Positions 10,445 to 19,117 of a DNA stretch of 64,000 bases are shown here, in pieces (position 1 is the stretch's first letter; each line of letters starts with the position of its first letter). A model generated the notes under the pieces. That model made no database searches, was not told where the DNA came from, and worked only from the letters and a program-made list of their open reading frames with translations. Position numbers and translations under genes: made by a program. Source of the DNA: Gemmatimonadota bacterium. Its GTDB lineage: Bacteria > Gemmatimonadota > Gemmatimonadetes > Gemmatimonadales > Gemmatimonadaceae. The stretch spans positions 30,175-94,174 of the forward strand of contig JARIEY010000001.1 of assembly GCA_031127085.1 (NCBI GenBank), in the 5' to 3' direction.

Positions 10445-10777
10445 ATGCCGACCCCCCACGATTTCTTCGACATCGACATTCGCGTTGGGACGGTGCTCGC
10501 CGCCGAACCGTTTGCACGCGCCGCGAAGCCCTCGATCCGGCTGGAGATCGACTTCGGCCCCGAACTCGGCATCCGGCGGTCGAGCGCGCAACTCACGGTG
10601 CACTACACCCCTGACGCGCTGGTTGGCCGTCAGGTGATCGCCGTCACCAACATTGGCACGCGCAACATCGCCGGATTCACCAGCGAGGTGCTCGTGCTGG
10701 GCGCTATGCCTACCCCCACCGAAGTCGTCCTGCTTGCCGTCAGCCACCCCGTGGCCAACGGCACGCGCATCGGTTGA
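10445..10777 (+). CDS. csaA: tRNA-binding OB-fold protein (CsaA-like)
   Basis: 110 aa. FDIDIRVGTV ... IRLEIDFG ... GRQVIAVTN ... SEVLVLG matches the EMAP/CsaA-type tRNA-binding domain. Confidence 0.7.
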   Translation: MPTPHDFFDIDIRVGTVLAAEPFARAAKPSIRLEIDFGPELGIRRSSAQLTVHYTPDALVGRQVIAVTNIGTRNIAGFTSEVLVLGAMPTPTEVVLLAVSHPVANGTRIG

Positions 10778-10800
10778 CCCCCCACCCAGGAAGCCCCCGG

Positions 10801-12024
10801 ATGCTCCGCCGCCTCGCCCTCGTCATCGCGCTCGCCGCCGGCACCGCCCGCTCCATGCAAGCCCAGCTTGCCATCACGCACGCCAACGTCGTGGATGTCA
10901 CGACGGGCGCCATCACGAAGAACGCCACGATCATCGTGCAGGGACGCACCATCGCCTCCATCACGGCCGGGGGTGCGGCGCCAGCCGGCGTCACGGTGAT
11001 CGACGCGGCGGGCCGCTACGTCACGCCGGGACTGATCGACGCGCACACCCACATCGCGACGCTTGCCAACGCCCGCCGCGCGCTGGAGAGCGGCGTGACG
11101 ACGGCGCGCAGCGCCAGCGTTCCGCACTACGAGGACGTGGCACTCCGCGAACTCGTGAAGCAAGGCGTGCTGGCCGGCCCCGATATGATGGCCGCCGGAG
11201 TCTTCGTCACTCCCGATCTTGGGGAGACGATTCTCGCCGATCCCAAATTGGGCGCGTTCGCCGCGTCGGGCGTCCGCACCCCCGAGGCGCTGCGCGGTGT
11301 GGTGCGCATCAACCTCGAGCACGGCGTCGACGTCATTAAGACGCGCGGCACCGATCGCGCCGGACTGCCCAACACCGACCCGCGGCGGCAGGTGTACACC
11401 GAAGCCGAGATGCGGGCGATCGTCGATGAGGCGGCGCTCGGCCATGTGCCGGTGATGGTGCACGCGCACGGCGACGAAGGGGCCTACGCCGCAGTGGCCG
11501 CGGGGGCAAAATCGGTGGAGCACGGCACCTTCCTCTCCGACAGCACGCTGCGCCTGATGAAGGCCAAGGGCGCATTTCTCGTGCCGACGCTCTCCACGCT
11601 GTACGACCTCGGCTTGCCCGGCGGCGACTATGACGATCCCGTGCTGACGCTGCGTGCGCAGTTCATGATTCCGCGGGCCAACCAGGCCATCAAGGCCGCG
11701 CGCGCCATCGGCGTCCGCATCGCCACCGGGGTCGACACCGATTACCGGGCCGAGTCGCTGAGCCGCGTGAGCCACGAGGTGCTGCGCTTTACGGAGCTCG
11801 GCTTTACCCCGCTCGAGGCGCTCCAGTCGGCCACAACGGTCGCCGCCGACCTGCTTGGCGTGAGCGCGCGCACCGGCCGCCTTGCTCCGGGGATGGAGGC
11901 AGACCTCATCGTGGTGGAGGGCAACCCGCTGGACGACCCGCGTGCGCTGCAGGACGCGCTCGTGGTGATCAGCAATGGGAAGGTGGGAATGAACCGTTTG
12001 CCGTTCGGGAAGCAAGGCAAATAG
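10801..12024 (+). CDS. amidohydrolase-family protein, secreted
   Basis: The track start is TTG 10774. I trimmed to ATG 10801, which is preceded by AGGAAG. The signal peptide is MLRRLALVIALAAGTARSMQAQ. It has the GLIDAHTH metal-binding motif. Confidence 0.8.
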   Translation: MLRRLALVIALAAGTARSMQAQLAITHANVVDVTTGAITKNATIIVQGRTIASITAGGAAPAGVTVIDAAGRYVTPGLIDAHTHIATLANARRALESGVTTARSASVPHYEDVALRELVKQGVLAGPDMMAAGVFVTPDLGETILADPKLGAFAASGVRTPEALRGVVRINLEHGVDVIKTRGTDRAGLPNTDPRRQVYTEAEMRAIVDEAALGHVPVMVHAHGDEGAYAAVAAGAKSVEHGTFLSDSTLRLMKAKGAFLVPTLSTLYDLGLPGGDYDDPVLTLRAQFMIPRANQAIKAARAIGVRIATGVDTDYRAESLSRVSHEVLRFTELGFTPLEALQSATTVAADLLGVSARTGRLAPGMEADLIVVEGNPLDDPRALQDALVVISNGKVGMNRLPFGKQGK

Positions 12025-12073
12025 TAGATCAACGACGGTGGACTTCACTGGACGGCACGGCGATCTTCCCTCT

Positions 12074-12496
12074 ATGACCTCCCTCCGTCCTGACAACCGC
12101 GTCCAGATTGCCTGGGCCGGCGACCACCGCTTCGACGCCGGCCGGCCCGGCGGCCCGCAGATTCGCATTGACGCGTCGGCCCAGACGGGTCCGGGGCCGG
12201 TGGATGCCCTGCTCGTCGGGCTGGGCTGCTGCACCGGCGTCGACGTCGTGGACATTCTCGCCAAGCGCCGCACGCCGGTGGAATCGCTCGGCATCGAGGT
12301 GCAGGGCGAGCGCCGCGAGGAGATTCCGCGCCGCATCATCAAGGCGCATCTCGTCTACCGCATCGACGGCGCAGGCATCGAGCGCGAACACGCCGAGCGC
12401 GCCATCGACCTGGCGGTCACCAAGTACTGCAGCGTACGCGACTCGCTTGACCCCAGCATCCCGATCAACTGGTCGCTGGTCCTGAACGGCATCTAA
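12074..12496 (+). CDS. OsmC-family protein
   Basis: Trimmed to ATG 12074; GTG 12038 is also possible. LVGLGCCTGVDV and TKYCSV are cysteine motifs typical of OsmC/Ohr proteins. Confidence 0.7.
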   Translation: MTSLRPDNRVQIAWAGDHRFDAGRPGGPQIRIDASAQTGPGPVDALLVGLGCCTGVDVVDILAKRRTPVESLGIEVQGERREEIPRRIIKAHLVYRIDGAGIEREHAERAIDLAVTKYCSVRDSLDPSIPINWSLVLNGI

Positions 12497-12625
12497 ACCA
12501 AAGTGGCCTCCCTCGCGTAGGGAGGTCATCGTCACCGGCCCGGGGGCCGGGGCCGCGGGCATTGTCCGCGACGCTCCGGCGATGATCCCCGGCGCACTAT
12601 TTCCCCTCGCACGGAGTCGTACGGA

Positions 12626-14698
12626 ATGCGCGTCACCATCAGGCTGATTCTTGCACTCGCGGCGATGCTGCCGTTCGCCGGCCAGGCCGCGGCGCAGGTG
12701 TGGCTCAACGCCGACACCGCAAAGAAGGTGAACCAGTCCAACTTCCGGGCGCTGGAAGACTGGCCGGCCCCCAATGACCTGCGCCGCGCTTCGGGCGCGC
12801 CGGGTTCCAAGTACTGGCAGCAGCAGGTCGACTACAAGATCGCCGTCTCGCTGGACACCACGACGCATCGGCTGAACGGCAGCGAAGTGGTGACCTACCA
12901 CAACAACTCGCCGGACAAGTTGACGTACCTCTGGTTCCAACTGGACCAGAACATCGAGCAGGCGGACTCGCGCGCCGCGATGAGCGCCGGCGCGCTGCCC
13001 AAGCAGATGAGCCCGATGGCCCGCCGCTTCCTGATGAGCAACTTCGAGGGCGGCTACACCTTGGCGCGCGTGCAGTTGATCGATGCCGCCGGCAAGCGGA
13101 CCGATGCGCGGTACTCACTCAACGGGACGCAGCTCAAGGTCAATCTCGCCGCGCCGCTCGGCACCGGGCAGGCCGTGAAGGTGGCCATCGACTGGTCGCA
13201 CGAAGTGCCCAACGGCGGCCGCAACGGCCGTGGGCAGAAGGAGAAGCTCAAGGACGGTTGGGAGTATGAGAACGCCCAGTGGTTCCCGCGCGCCGCGGTC
13301 TATGACGACGTCAACGGCTGGCAGAACAACCAGTTCATGGGGATGGGCGAGTTCTACCTCGAGTTCGGCAACTACGACGTGAGCATCACCGTGCCGCGCG
13401 ACCACATTGTCCGTTCCACGGGGATGCTGCAGAACCCCGCCGAGGTGCTGACGGCGGCGCAGCGCGAGCGGCTGAACAAGGCGTGGGTCTCGGACACGCC
13501 CGTGTATATCGTGTCGCCCGAGGAGATCGCCACGCCGGCCATTCGTCCGGCCGGCAAGGGGAACCTGACGTGGCGCTTCACCGCGCAGAACGTGCGTGAC
13601 TTCTCGTGGGCTTCGTCGCGGGGCTTCGCGTGGGACGCGATGGGCTTCCGCTATGCCAAGGGCGGCCGGCTCATCGAGCTGCACTCGGTCTATCCGCGTG
13701 AAGCGATGCCGCTGTGGAACAAGATCAGCACCAAGGCCATCAAGCAGACGATGGTGACGTACGGGCGCATGGCGTTTGAGTACCCGTACCCGCAGGCGTC
13801 GAACGTGCACGGCACGGTGGGCGGCATGGAGTACCCGATGATCGCGTTCTGCGGCGCGCGGCCCCGCCCCGACGGCACCTATGACAAGTCGCTCGAGTAC
13901 GGCCTCATCTCGGTGACCATTCACGAAGTCGGGCACAACTGGTTCCCGATGATCGTCGCGTCCGACGAGCGGATGTGGACGTGGATGGACGAAGGGCTCA
14001 ACTCGTTCCTCGAGCACTACGGCTCCATCGACTTCGATAAGGACTGGCCGTCGATGCGGCTGCCGGGCAGCGCCAAGAGCATTGCCAACTACATGCGCTC
14101 CAACCCCGGCGTGCCGATCATGCAGCACTCCGATCTCAACCTCCGCAATACGTTTGGCGCCAATGGGTACACCAAGCCGGCGAGCGGCCTTGTCATCCTG
14201 CGCGAGCGGGTGGCCGGCCCCGCCGCCTTTGACGACGCGTTCCGCGGCTACAGCCAGCGCTGGATGTTCAAGAAGCCGCAGCCGGCCGACTTCTTCCGTT
14301 CGATGGAAGACGGGCTGGGCGAGTCACTCAACTGGTTCTGGCGCGGCTGGTTCTACACGGCGTACGCCAATGACCAGGCGGTGACCGGCGTGGAACGGCA
14401 GGCGGCCAAGGACGTGCTCGGCGACGAGTCCAAGGGAACCGGCTACTACCGCGTGACGCTCGAGCAGAAGGGCGGCATCGTGATGCCGGTGGAGATGGAC
14501 CTCACATACACTGATGGCACGACGGAGCGCGTGAAGCTCCCGGCCGATATCTGGCGCACCAACGAGAAGGTCTTCACCTGGGGCAAGTTCACGTCCAAGG
14601 AGATCTCGCAGGTGGTGCTGGATCCGGACGAGGCGTTTGCCGACATCAACCGCGGCAACAACACGTGGAAGAAGCCGGCGGCGGCGCCGCTGCCGTAG
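12626..14698 (+). CDS. M1-family zinc metallopeptidase, secreted
   Basis: 690 aa with a signal peptide. HEVGHNWF (HExxH) is followed by WMDEGLNSF, which supplies the third gluzincin ligand. Confidence 0.85.
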   Translation: MRVTIRLILALAAMLPFAGQAAAQVWLNADTAKKVNQSNFRALEDWPAPNDLRRASGAPGSKYWQQQVDYKIAVSLDTTTHRLNGSEVVTYHNNSPDKLTYLWFQLDQNIEQADSRAAMSAGALPKQMSPMARRFLMSNFEGGYTLARVQLIDAAGKRTDARYSLNGTQLKVNLAAPLGTGQAVKVAIDWSHEVPNGGRNGRGQKEKLKDGWEYENAQWFPRAAVYDDVNGWQNNQFMGMGEFYLEFGNYDVSITVPRDHIVRSTGMLQNPAEVLTAAQRERLNKAWVSDTPVYIVSPEEIATPAIRPAGKGNLTWRFTAQNVRDFSWASSRGFAWDAMGFRYAKGGRLIELHSVYPREAMPLWNKISTKAIKQTMVTYGRMAFEYPYPQASNVHGTVGGMEYPMIAFCGARPRPDGTYDKSLEYGLISVTIHEVGHNWFPMIVASDERMWTWMDEGLNSFLEHYGSIDFDKDWPSMRLPGSAKSIANYMRSNPGVPIMQHSDLNLRNTFGANGYTKPASGLVILRERVAGPAAFDDAFRGYSQRWMFKKPQPADFFRSMEDGLGESLNWFWRGWFYTAYANDQAVTGVERQAAKDVLGDESKGTGYYRVTLEQKGGIVMPVEMDLTYTDGTTERVKLPADIWRTNEKVFTWGKFTSKEISQVVLDPDEAFADINRGNNTWKKPAAAPLP

Positions 14699-14728
14699 AC
14701 TCGCGGCGACGCGCGTTTGACTGAATGC

Positions 14729-14795
14729 TCGCAGGGCCCCCTCGCTGTTTCGGCTTCCATGACCCATAAGCCGAAACTGCGAGGGGGCCCTGCGA
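14729..14795. terminator. long inverted repeat; candidate bidirectional terminator
   Basis: The arms 14729-14756 and 14768-14795 are complementary at 27 of 28 positions, with an 11-nt loop. The repeat lies between convergent genes (M1 peptidase on +, moaB on -). Confidence 0.55.
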
Positions 14796-14813
14796 CTGTT
14801 TGATTCGCTCGGC

Positions 14814-15353
14814 TCAGCGCCGCAGTTCGCGCAGCGCGTGCTGGAGTTCGGGGAGAATCAGGCGCGTGAGCGCCAACTCGACGGCCGCGCGTGAACCGGG
14901 CATCACGGCCACCAACGTGCCGTGCGCCGCGCCGGCGAGCGCGCGCGTGAGCATCGCCGCGGGGCCAATCTGTTCCTGAAAGCTGAGCAGGCGAAACAGC
15001 TCGCCGAAGCCGGGGAGCTCTTTGTCGAGCAGCGGCCGCACCACCTCGACCGTTCGGTCGCGCGCCCCCAGCCCGGTGCCGCCCGTGCAGAGCAGCACGT
15101 CAACATCGTCCTGCGCAATGACACGCTCGACGGCCGCACGCAACGGGATGTCGTCGTTGCGCAGCAGCTCGCGGGCGACCACGGTGTGACCAGCGGCGAT
15201 CAACAGCCGCTCGATGAGTGGGCCGGACTCGTCGGTGTCTGCAGTGCGCGAATCACTGACGGTGAACACCACGCAGCGGGCGGCACTACGGCGCGCGGCA
15301 TCGTCACGGTGCGCGTTCGCACTGTCGGACCCCACGCCGCGCGGCTCGGTCAC
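14814..15353 (-). CDS. moaB: molybdenum cofactor biosynthesis protein B (MoaB/MogA family)
   Basis: Track ORF 14814..15557 trimmed to the GTG at 15351-15353, which overlaps the upstream stop (GTGA). Motifs: VFTVSD ... LLCTGGTGLGARD ... VAVMPGS. Confidence 0.8.
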   Translation of the reverse strand: MTEPRGVGSDSANAHRDDAARRSAARCVVFTVSDSRTADTDESGPLIERLLIAAGHTVVARELLRNDDIPLRAAVERVIAQDDVDVLLCTGGTGLGARDRTVEVVRPLLDKELPGFGELFRLLSFQEQIGPAAMLTRALAGAAHGTLVAVMPGSRAAVELALTRLILPELQHALRELRR

Positions 15354-15649
15354 GAGGTCAGCCCGCGTTCGCGCAACAGCGCATCCACCTGCTCGCGCAG
15401 CGCCTCGGTGGCCGGATCGGAAACGCTCACGCGCGCCACCTTCGCCAGAAACGCCACGGCCGCGTCGTGATGCGCCTGACAACTGCGGCACCGATGCACG
15501 TGGTGCCGGATCGACGCGGTCATCCCGGGCTCCAGTTCGCCGTCGAGGTACTCCCACAGCCGCTCGATGGTGTCGCGGCAGGAGACCGCCACGGACGTCA
15601 TCGACCGGACGGATTTATGGTGCTGCTGCTGTTCCGGTGCGTTCGCCAT
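15350..15649 (-). CDS. zinc-binding anti-sigma factor (ZAS, RsrA-like)
   Basis: HxxxCxxC (HVHRCRSC) plus an upstream Cys (VSCRD) and WEYLDGEL. The start is uncertain: I chose ATG 15649 (MANAPEQ), but ATG 15601 (MTSVAVSC) is equally plausible, and the track start is 15784. Confidence 0.65.
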   Translation of the reverse strand: MANAPEQQQHHKSVRSMTSVAVSCRDTIERLWEYLDGELEPGMTASIRHHVHRCRSCQAHHDAAVAFLAKVARVSVSDPATEALREQVDALLRERGLTS

Positions 15650-15785
15650 CGCGGAAATCCGATGTCGGGTGCTGATGCAACACGCGCCAGGGCCCTCAGC
15701 GGGACGGTGGCGGGGCCATGCGGCCTTTGGCACTTCACTAACGGCGGAGCCCGTCCAGTCAGTTCCCAATCCCGAGTGAATCACT

Positions 15786-16775
15786 CTACTTCAGCGCCGC
15801 GAGTGCGCGACGCGCCTGGCCGTTGCGGGGGTCGAGCGCCAACGCCTGCTCGTACGCCGCACGCGCCGCCGCGGTGTTGCCGCGCCGCTCCGCAATGTTC
15901 CCCAGTCGCACGTGGGTGGTGCTGAGCGTCGGCACGTTCGGTGCGGGCGGCGGCGCGAGCGTCAGATACTTACGCAGGGCCTCCTCACCGCGGTCGAGTT
16001 GCTGCCCGGTGGCCGCAGCAACGCGCCCAATCTGAAACAGCGCCACCGGGTCGGAGGGACGGCGCTTCTGGAATGCATCGACGACTGCGAACGCCTCGGC
16101 GGGACGCGTGCGGTCGGCCAGCCACACCGCGTACGCTCCCACGGGTGCTACCGAATCGGGGTACTCCGCAATGAGCGACTTGAGCAGCCGTTCGGCCGTT
16201 GCGAAATCCTTGGAGCGCCCGGCGGCACCGGCGGACAGCAACTGCCCACGATACTTGTTGCGACGTGTGATCTCGGCCGCTTCGGCGCGCGCCTTGTCCT
16301 CGCCGCCCCCCATCACGGCGGGCGCCATGGCGTAGAACTGCCAGCGCAGTTCGCGCGCATCGAGATTTTCCGGATCGATCTCGATGGCCCGGTCCACCGC
16401 CGCCTTCACCTTGCGGGCAAGGAATGGCTGCTTGAGCATGCTGGCGCGCTGCGCCTGGATTCCCAACGCACGAGCCATCCACAGGTGCGCGTCGGCGCGC
16501 CGCGGATCAAGGTCGGCGGCCTTGGTGAACCAGCGCTCGGCGTCGGGGATCTTGTCCTCGGCGAGGAGCGTGCGGCCATACCAGAGCGCGGCGTCGGCAT
16601 TACGGGGCTGCGCCTTGACTGCCGCGGAAAAGAAGGCATGCGCGTCGGACCAGCGACGGGCGTTGAAATGCGCCACTCCTGACGCGAGATCCGTGGATTG
16701 TGCGGCCAAGGCAGAGGCGCACGTCAGCACGAGAGCGAGCAAGCGAATCATCGGGTACCGAAATGGGGGGAGCAT
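15786..16775 (-). CDS. TPR-repeat protein, secreted
   Basis: Track ORF 15786..17096 overlapped rsgA, so I trimmed it to ATG 16775 (MLPPFRYPMIRLLALVLTCASALAAQ). It contains repeated 34-aa TPR-like units, for example AHFNARRWSDAHAFFSAAVKAQPRNADAALWYGRTL. Confidence 0.7.
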   Translation of the reverse strand: MLPPFRYPMIRLLALVLTCASALAAQSTDLASGVAHFNARRWSDAHAFFSAAVKAQPRNADAALWYGRTLLAEDKIPDAERWFTKAADLDPRRADAHLWMARALGIQAQRASMLKQPFLARKVKAAVDRAIEIDPENLDARELRWQFYAMAPAVMGGGEDKARAEAAEITRRNKYRGQLLSAGAAGRSKDFATAERLLKSLIAEYPDSVAPVGAYAVWLADRTRPAEAFAVVDAFQKRRPSDPVALFQIGRVAAATGQQLDRGEEALRKYLTLAPPPAPNVPTLSTTHVRLGNIAERRGNTAAARAAYEQALALDPRNGQARRALAALK

Positions 16776-16851
16776 CCGATGCGTCCGCCCCGGCGGGGGG
16801 CGGCGTCCAGGCACTAAAGTAGGACTGCCAACCGGCGCCACAAGTTCCCGC

Positions 16852-17787
16852 CTAGTACAGCTTTTCCGCCTCGGACAGCTCAGCCAGCAACTTGGCGTAG
16901 CTCTCGTAACGCGCCGCCGACAGCGCTCCATCGTCCACCAGCGCGCGCACGGCACAGCCGGGTTCGGTAAGGTGGCGGCAATCCTGGAAGCGGCATTCGC
17001 CGAGCATCGGGCGAAACTCGGGGAAGCAATGATCGAGGGACGCCGACGGCAGTCCCCACATTCCCACTTCACGCAGCCCCGGGGTGTCCACCACATACCC
17101 GCCCCCGGGGAGCGGCACGAGAACCGCGCCGACGGTCGTGTGGCGCCCCTTGTTCACCGAGGCTGAGATTTCGCCGACACGCAATGTGAGCCCGGGATAG
17201 AGCGCATTGATGAGCGACGACTTGCCCACGCCGCTCGGACCGGTGAGCGCACTGACGCGATTGACGAGCACGGCGCGCAACGCGTCGAGTCCGGCGTTCT
17301 GCTTGACGCTCGTGCGATGCACCGGGTAGCCGGCGCGCTCGTAATCGGCGGCCAGCGAGTCGATGGCCGCCGGATCGTCGGCGAGGTCGACCTTGTTGAC
17401 GACCAGCCGCGCGGGCAACTCGTTGCCTTCTGCGATCACGAGAAAGCGGTCGATCATCCGCACGTGCGGCTCGGGCTTGGCGATCGAAAAGACGATCACC
17501 ACCTGGTCGACGTTGGCCACGACGACGCGTTCCCCGCGTCCGCCCCCCGGCGCACGGCGCGCGAGCACCGTGCGGCGTGGGTGAATGCCCGTGATCGACC
17601 AGGCGCCGACGCGCGGGTCCTCGGCGATATCGACATCGTCGCCCACCGCCAGCTTGCTGTACCGGCTCTCCTGCTTGAGCCGCCCACGCAGGGTCACGTC
17701 GTACTCGGTGCCATCCAGCGCGCGCGCGCGCCAGACGCCACCCGTGCCGCTGAGCACGACGGCGCGCAACAGGGCGGGAGCGTTCAC
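16852..17787 (-). CDS. rsgA: ribosome small-subunit-dependent GTPase A
   Basis: Circularly permuted GTPase order: VVNKVDL (NKxD) comes before GPSGVGKSSLINAL (P-loop). It has the C-terminal zinc cluster CRFQDCRHLTEPGC. The GTG start overlaps the upstream stop (GTGA). Confidence 0.9.
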   Translation of the reverse strand: MNAPALLRAVVLSGTGGVWRARALDGTEYDVTLRGRLKQESRYSKLAVGDDVDIAEDPRVGAWSITGIHPRRTVLARRAPGGGRGERVVVANVDQVVIVFSIAKPEPHVRMIDRFLVIAEGNELPARLVVNKVDLADDPAAIDSLAADYERAGYPVHRTSVKQNAGLDALRAVLVNRVSALTGPSGVGKSSLINALYPGLTLRVGEISASVNKGRHTTVGAVLVPLPGGGYVVDTPGLREVGMWGLPSASLDHCFPEFRPMLGECRFQDCRHLTEPGCAVRALVDDGALSAARYESYAKLLAELSEAEKLY

Positions 17788-18179
17788 TCGCCCTCCTCGC
17801 GCATCACATCAAACCAGCGCCGCCCGGAATCGCCGTCTCGCGCTGCCACCAGGGCATCGAGCAACCGCTGGCAGTCGGCCAATGGAGTTGCTGCCACCTG
17901 AGCCAGCGCCTCGTGGGCCCCCTGACCATACGCGAGAAAGTCGGTTTCCAGGTGGCCGGCGATTCCCTGCTCACCCATGCGACGCCACTGCAGGAAGACG
18001 AGGTAGGCGCCGTAGGGCCGAGCCAGATCCCCTGTCTCGTCGGTCAGCACCTCGAGCGAATAGGAGAGTCCGTCCTTTCCCTCCAGCGCCGCGGCGCGTC
18101 CGTGCACCGCGGCGTACCCGCCCACGGTGCCTTCGTCGCCGCGCGTGTAATCCGGAGGGATGAACCGGCCGTGACTCAC
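17784..18179 (-). CDS. hypothetical protein
   Basis: Track ORF 17784..18308 trimmed to the GTG at 18177-18179, which forms a GTGA overlap with the proline dehydrogenase stop. I recognise no family. Confidence 0.5.
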   Translation of the reverse strand: MSHGRFIPPDYTRGDEGTVGGYAAVHGRAAALEGKDGLSYSLEVLTDETGDLARPYGAYLVFLQWRRMGEQGIAGHLETDFLAYGQGAHEALAQVAATPLADCQRLLDALVAARDGDSGRRWFDVMREEGE

Positions 18180-19108
18180 CGGGATTTGAACGTCTCGCGC
18201 AGCACGTTGCCCGTGATGAACCACAGGTTGGCGGGCCGTTCGGCCATCCGGCGCATCAGGTACGGATACCACTGCGTGCCGAACGGCACATACAGCCGCA
18301 GCCGCCACCCGTCCTTCACGAGCCGCTCCTGCAGGTCGCGCCGCACGCCGTAGAGCATCTGATACTCAAACCGGTCGCCGGCGATGCCGTTGGCGCGGGC
18401 CCACGCGTTGATCTCGTCGATGATGGCCGGATCGTGCGTGGCCAGCCCGGGGTACTTGCCGTGGCTGATGAGCGACTTGGCGCACTCGACATAGTTGCGG
18501 TCCACATCGCGCTTGTCGGGAAAGGCGACACTGGCCGGCTCAAGGTACGCGCCCTTGCAGATGCGCACGCGACACTGCTTCTCGTTGGCCCAGGCCACGT
18601 CCTTCGCCGTGCGGCGCAGCATGCTCTGCAGCACGATGCCGACGTTTTCCGGATAGTCGGGGTACAGCCGCTGCGCAAAGAAGTCGAGCGTGCGCTGCGT
18701 GTAGTCGCTCCCTTCCATATCGAGCCGCACGAACGTGCCGTACTGCTTGGCGCGCTCGAGAATCGCCCGGGTGATCTCCTCGCATAGCGCGTCGGAGATG
18801 TCCTGGCCGAGCGACGTCAGCTTCACCGAGACATTGGCGTTGAGGCCGCGCCGGTTGATCTCATCGAGCAGTTCCAGATACCGACGCCCCGTCTCGCGCG
18901 CTTCCGCTTCCTTGGTGACGCTCTCGCCGAGTTGGTCGAGCGAGGCGGTGACGCCCGTCGTGTTCAGCACGGCCACCGCGTCGCAGGCGGCACCGATCGT
19001 CTCCCCGGCGATGAATCGCGAGGCGACCTTCTTGGCGAACGTGTTGTCGCGAACGAAGCGGAAGATGGATTGCTGGCGTGAGAGCCAGATGAGTCCGGAG
19101 CGGAGCAT
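18176..19108 (-). CDS. proline dehydrogenase (monofunctional PutA-like)
   Basis: 310 aa. RVRICKGAY and the C-terminal FEYQMLYGV are typical of proline dehydrogenase TIM barrels. Confidence 0.8.
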   Translation of the reverse strand: MLRSGLIWLSRQQSIFRFVRDNTFAKKVASRFIAGETIGAACDAVAVLNTTGVTASLDQLGESVTKEAEARETGRRYLELLDEINRRGLNANVSVKLTSLGQDISDALCEEITRAILERAKQYGTFVRLDMEGSDYTQRTLDFFAQRLYPDYPENVGIVLQSMLRRTAKDVAWANEKQCRVRICKGAYLEPASVAFPDKRDVDRNYVECAKSLISHGKYPGLATHDPAIIDEINAWARANGIAGDRFEYQMLYGVRRDLQERLVKDGWRLRLYVPFGTQWYPYLMRRMAERPANLWFITGNVLRETFKSR

Positions 19109-19117
19109 CGTGGGTCG

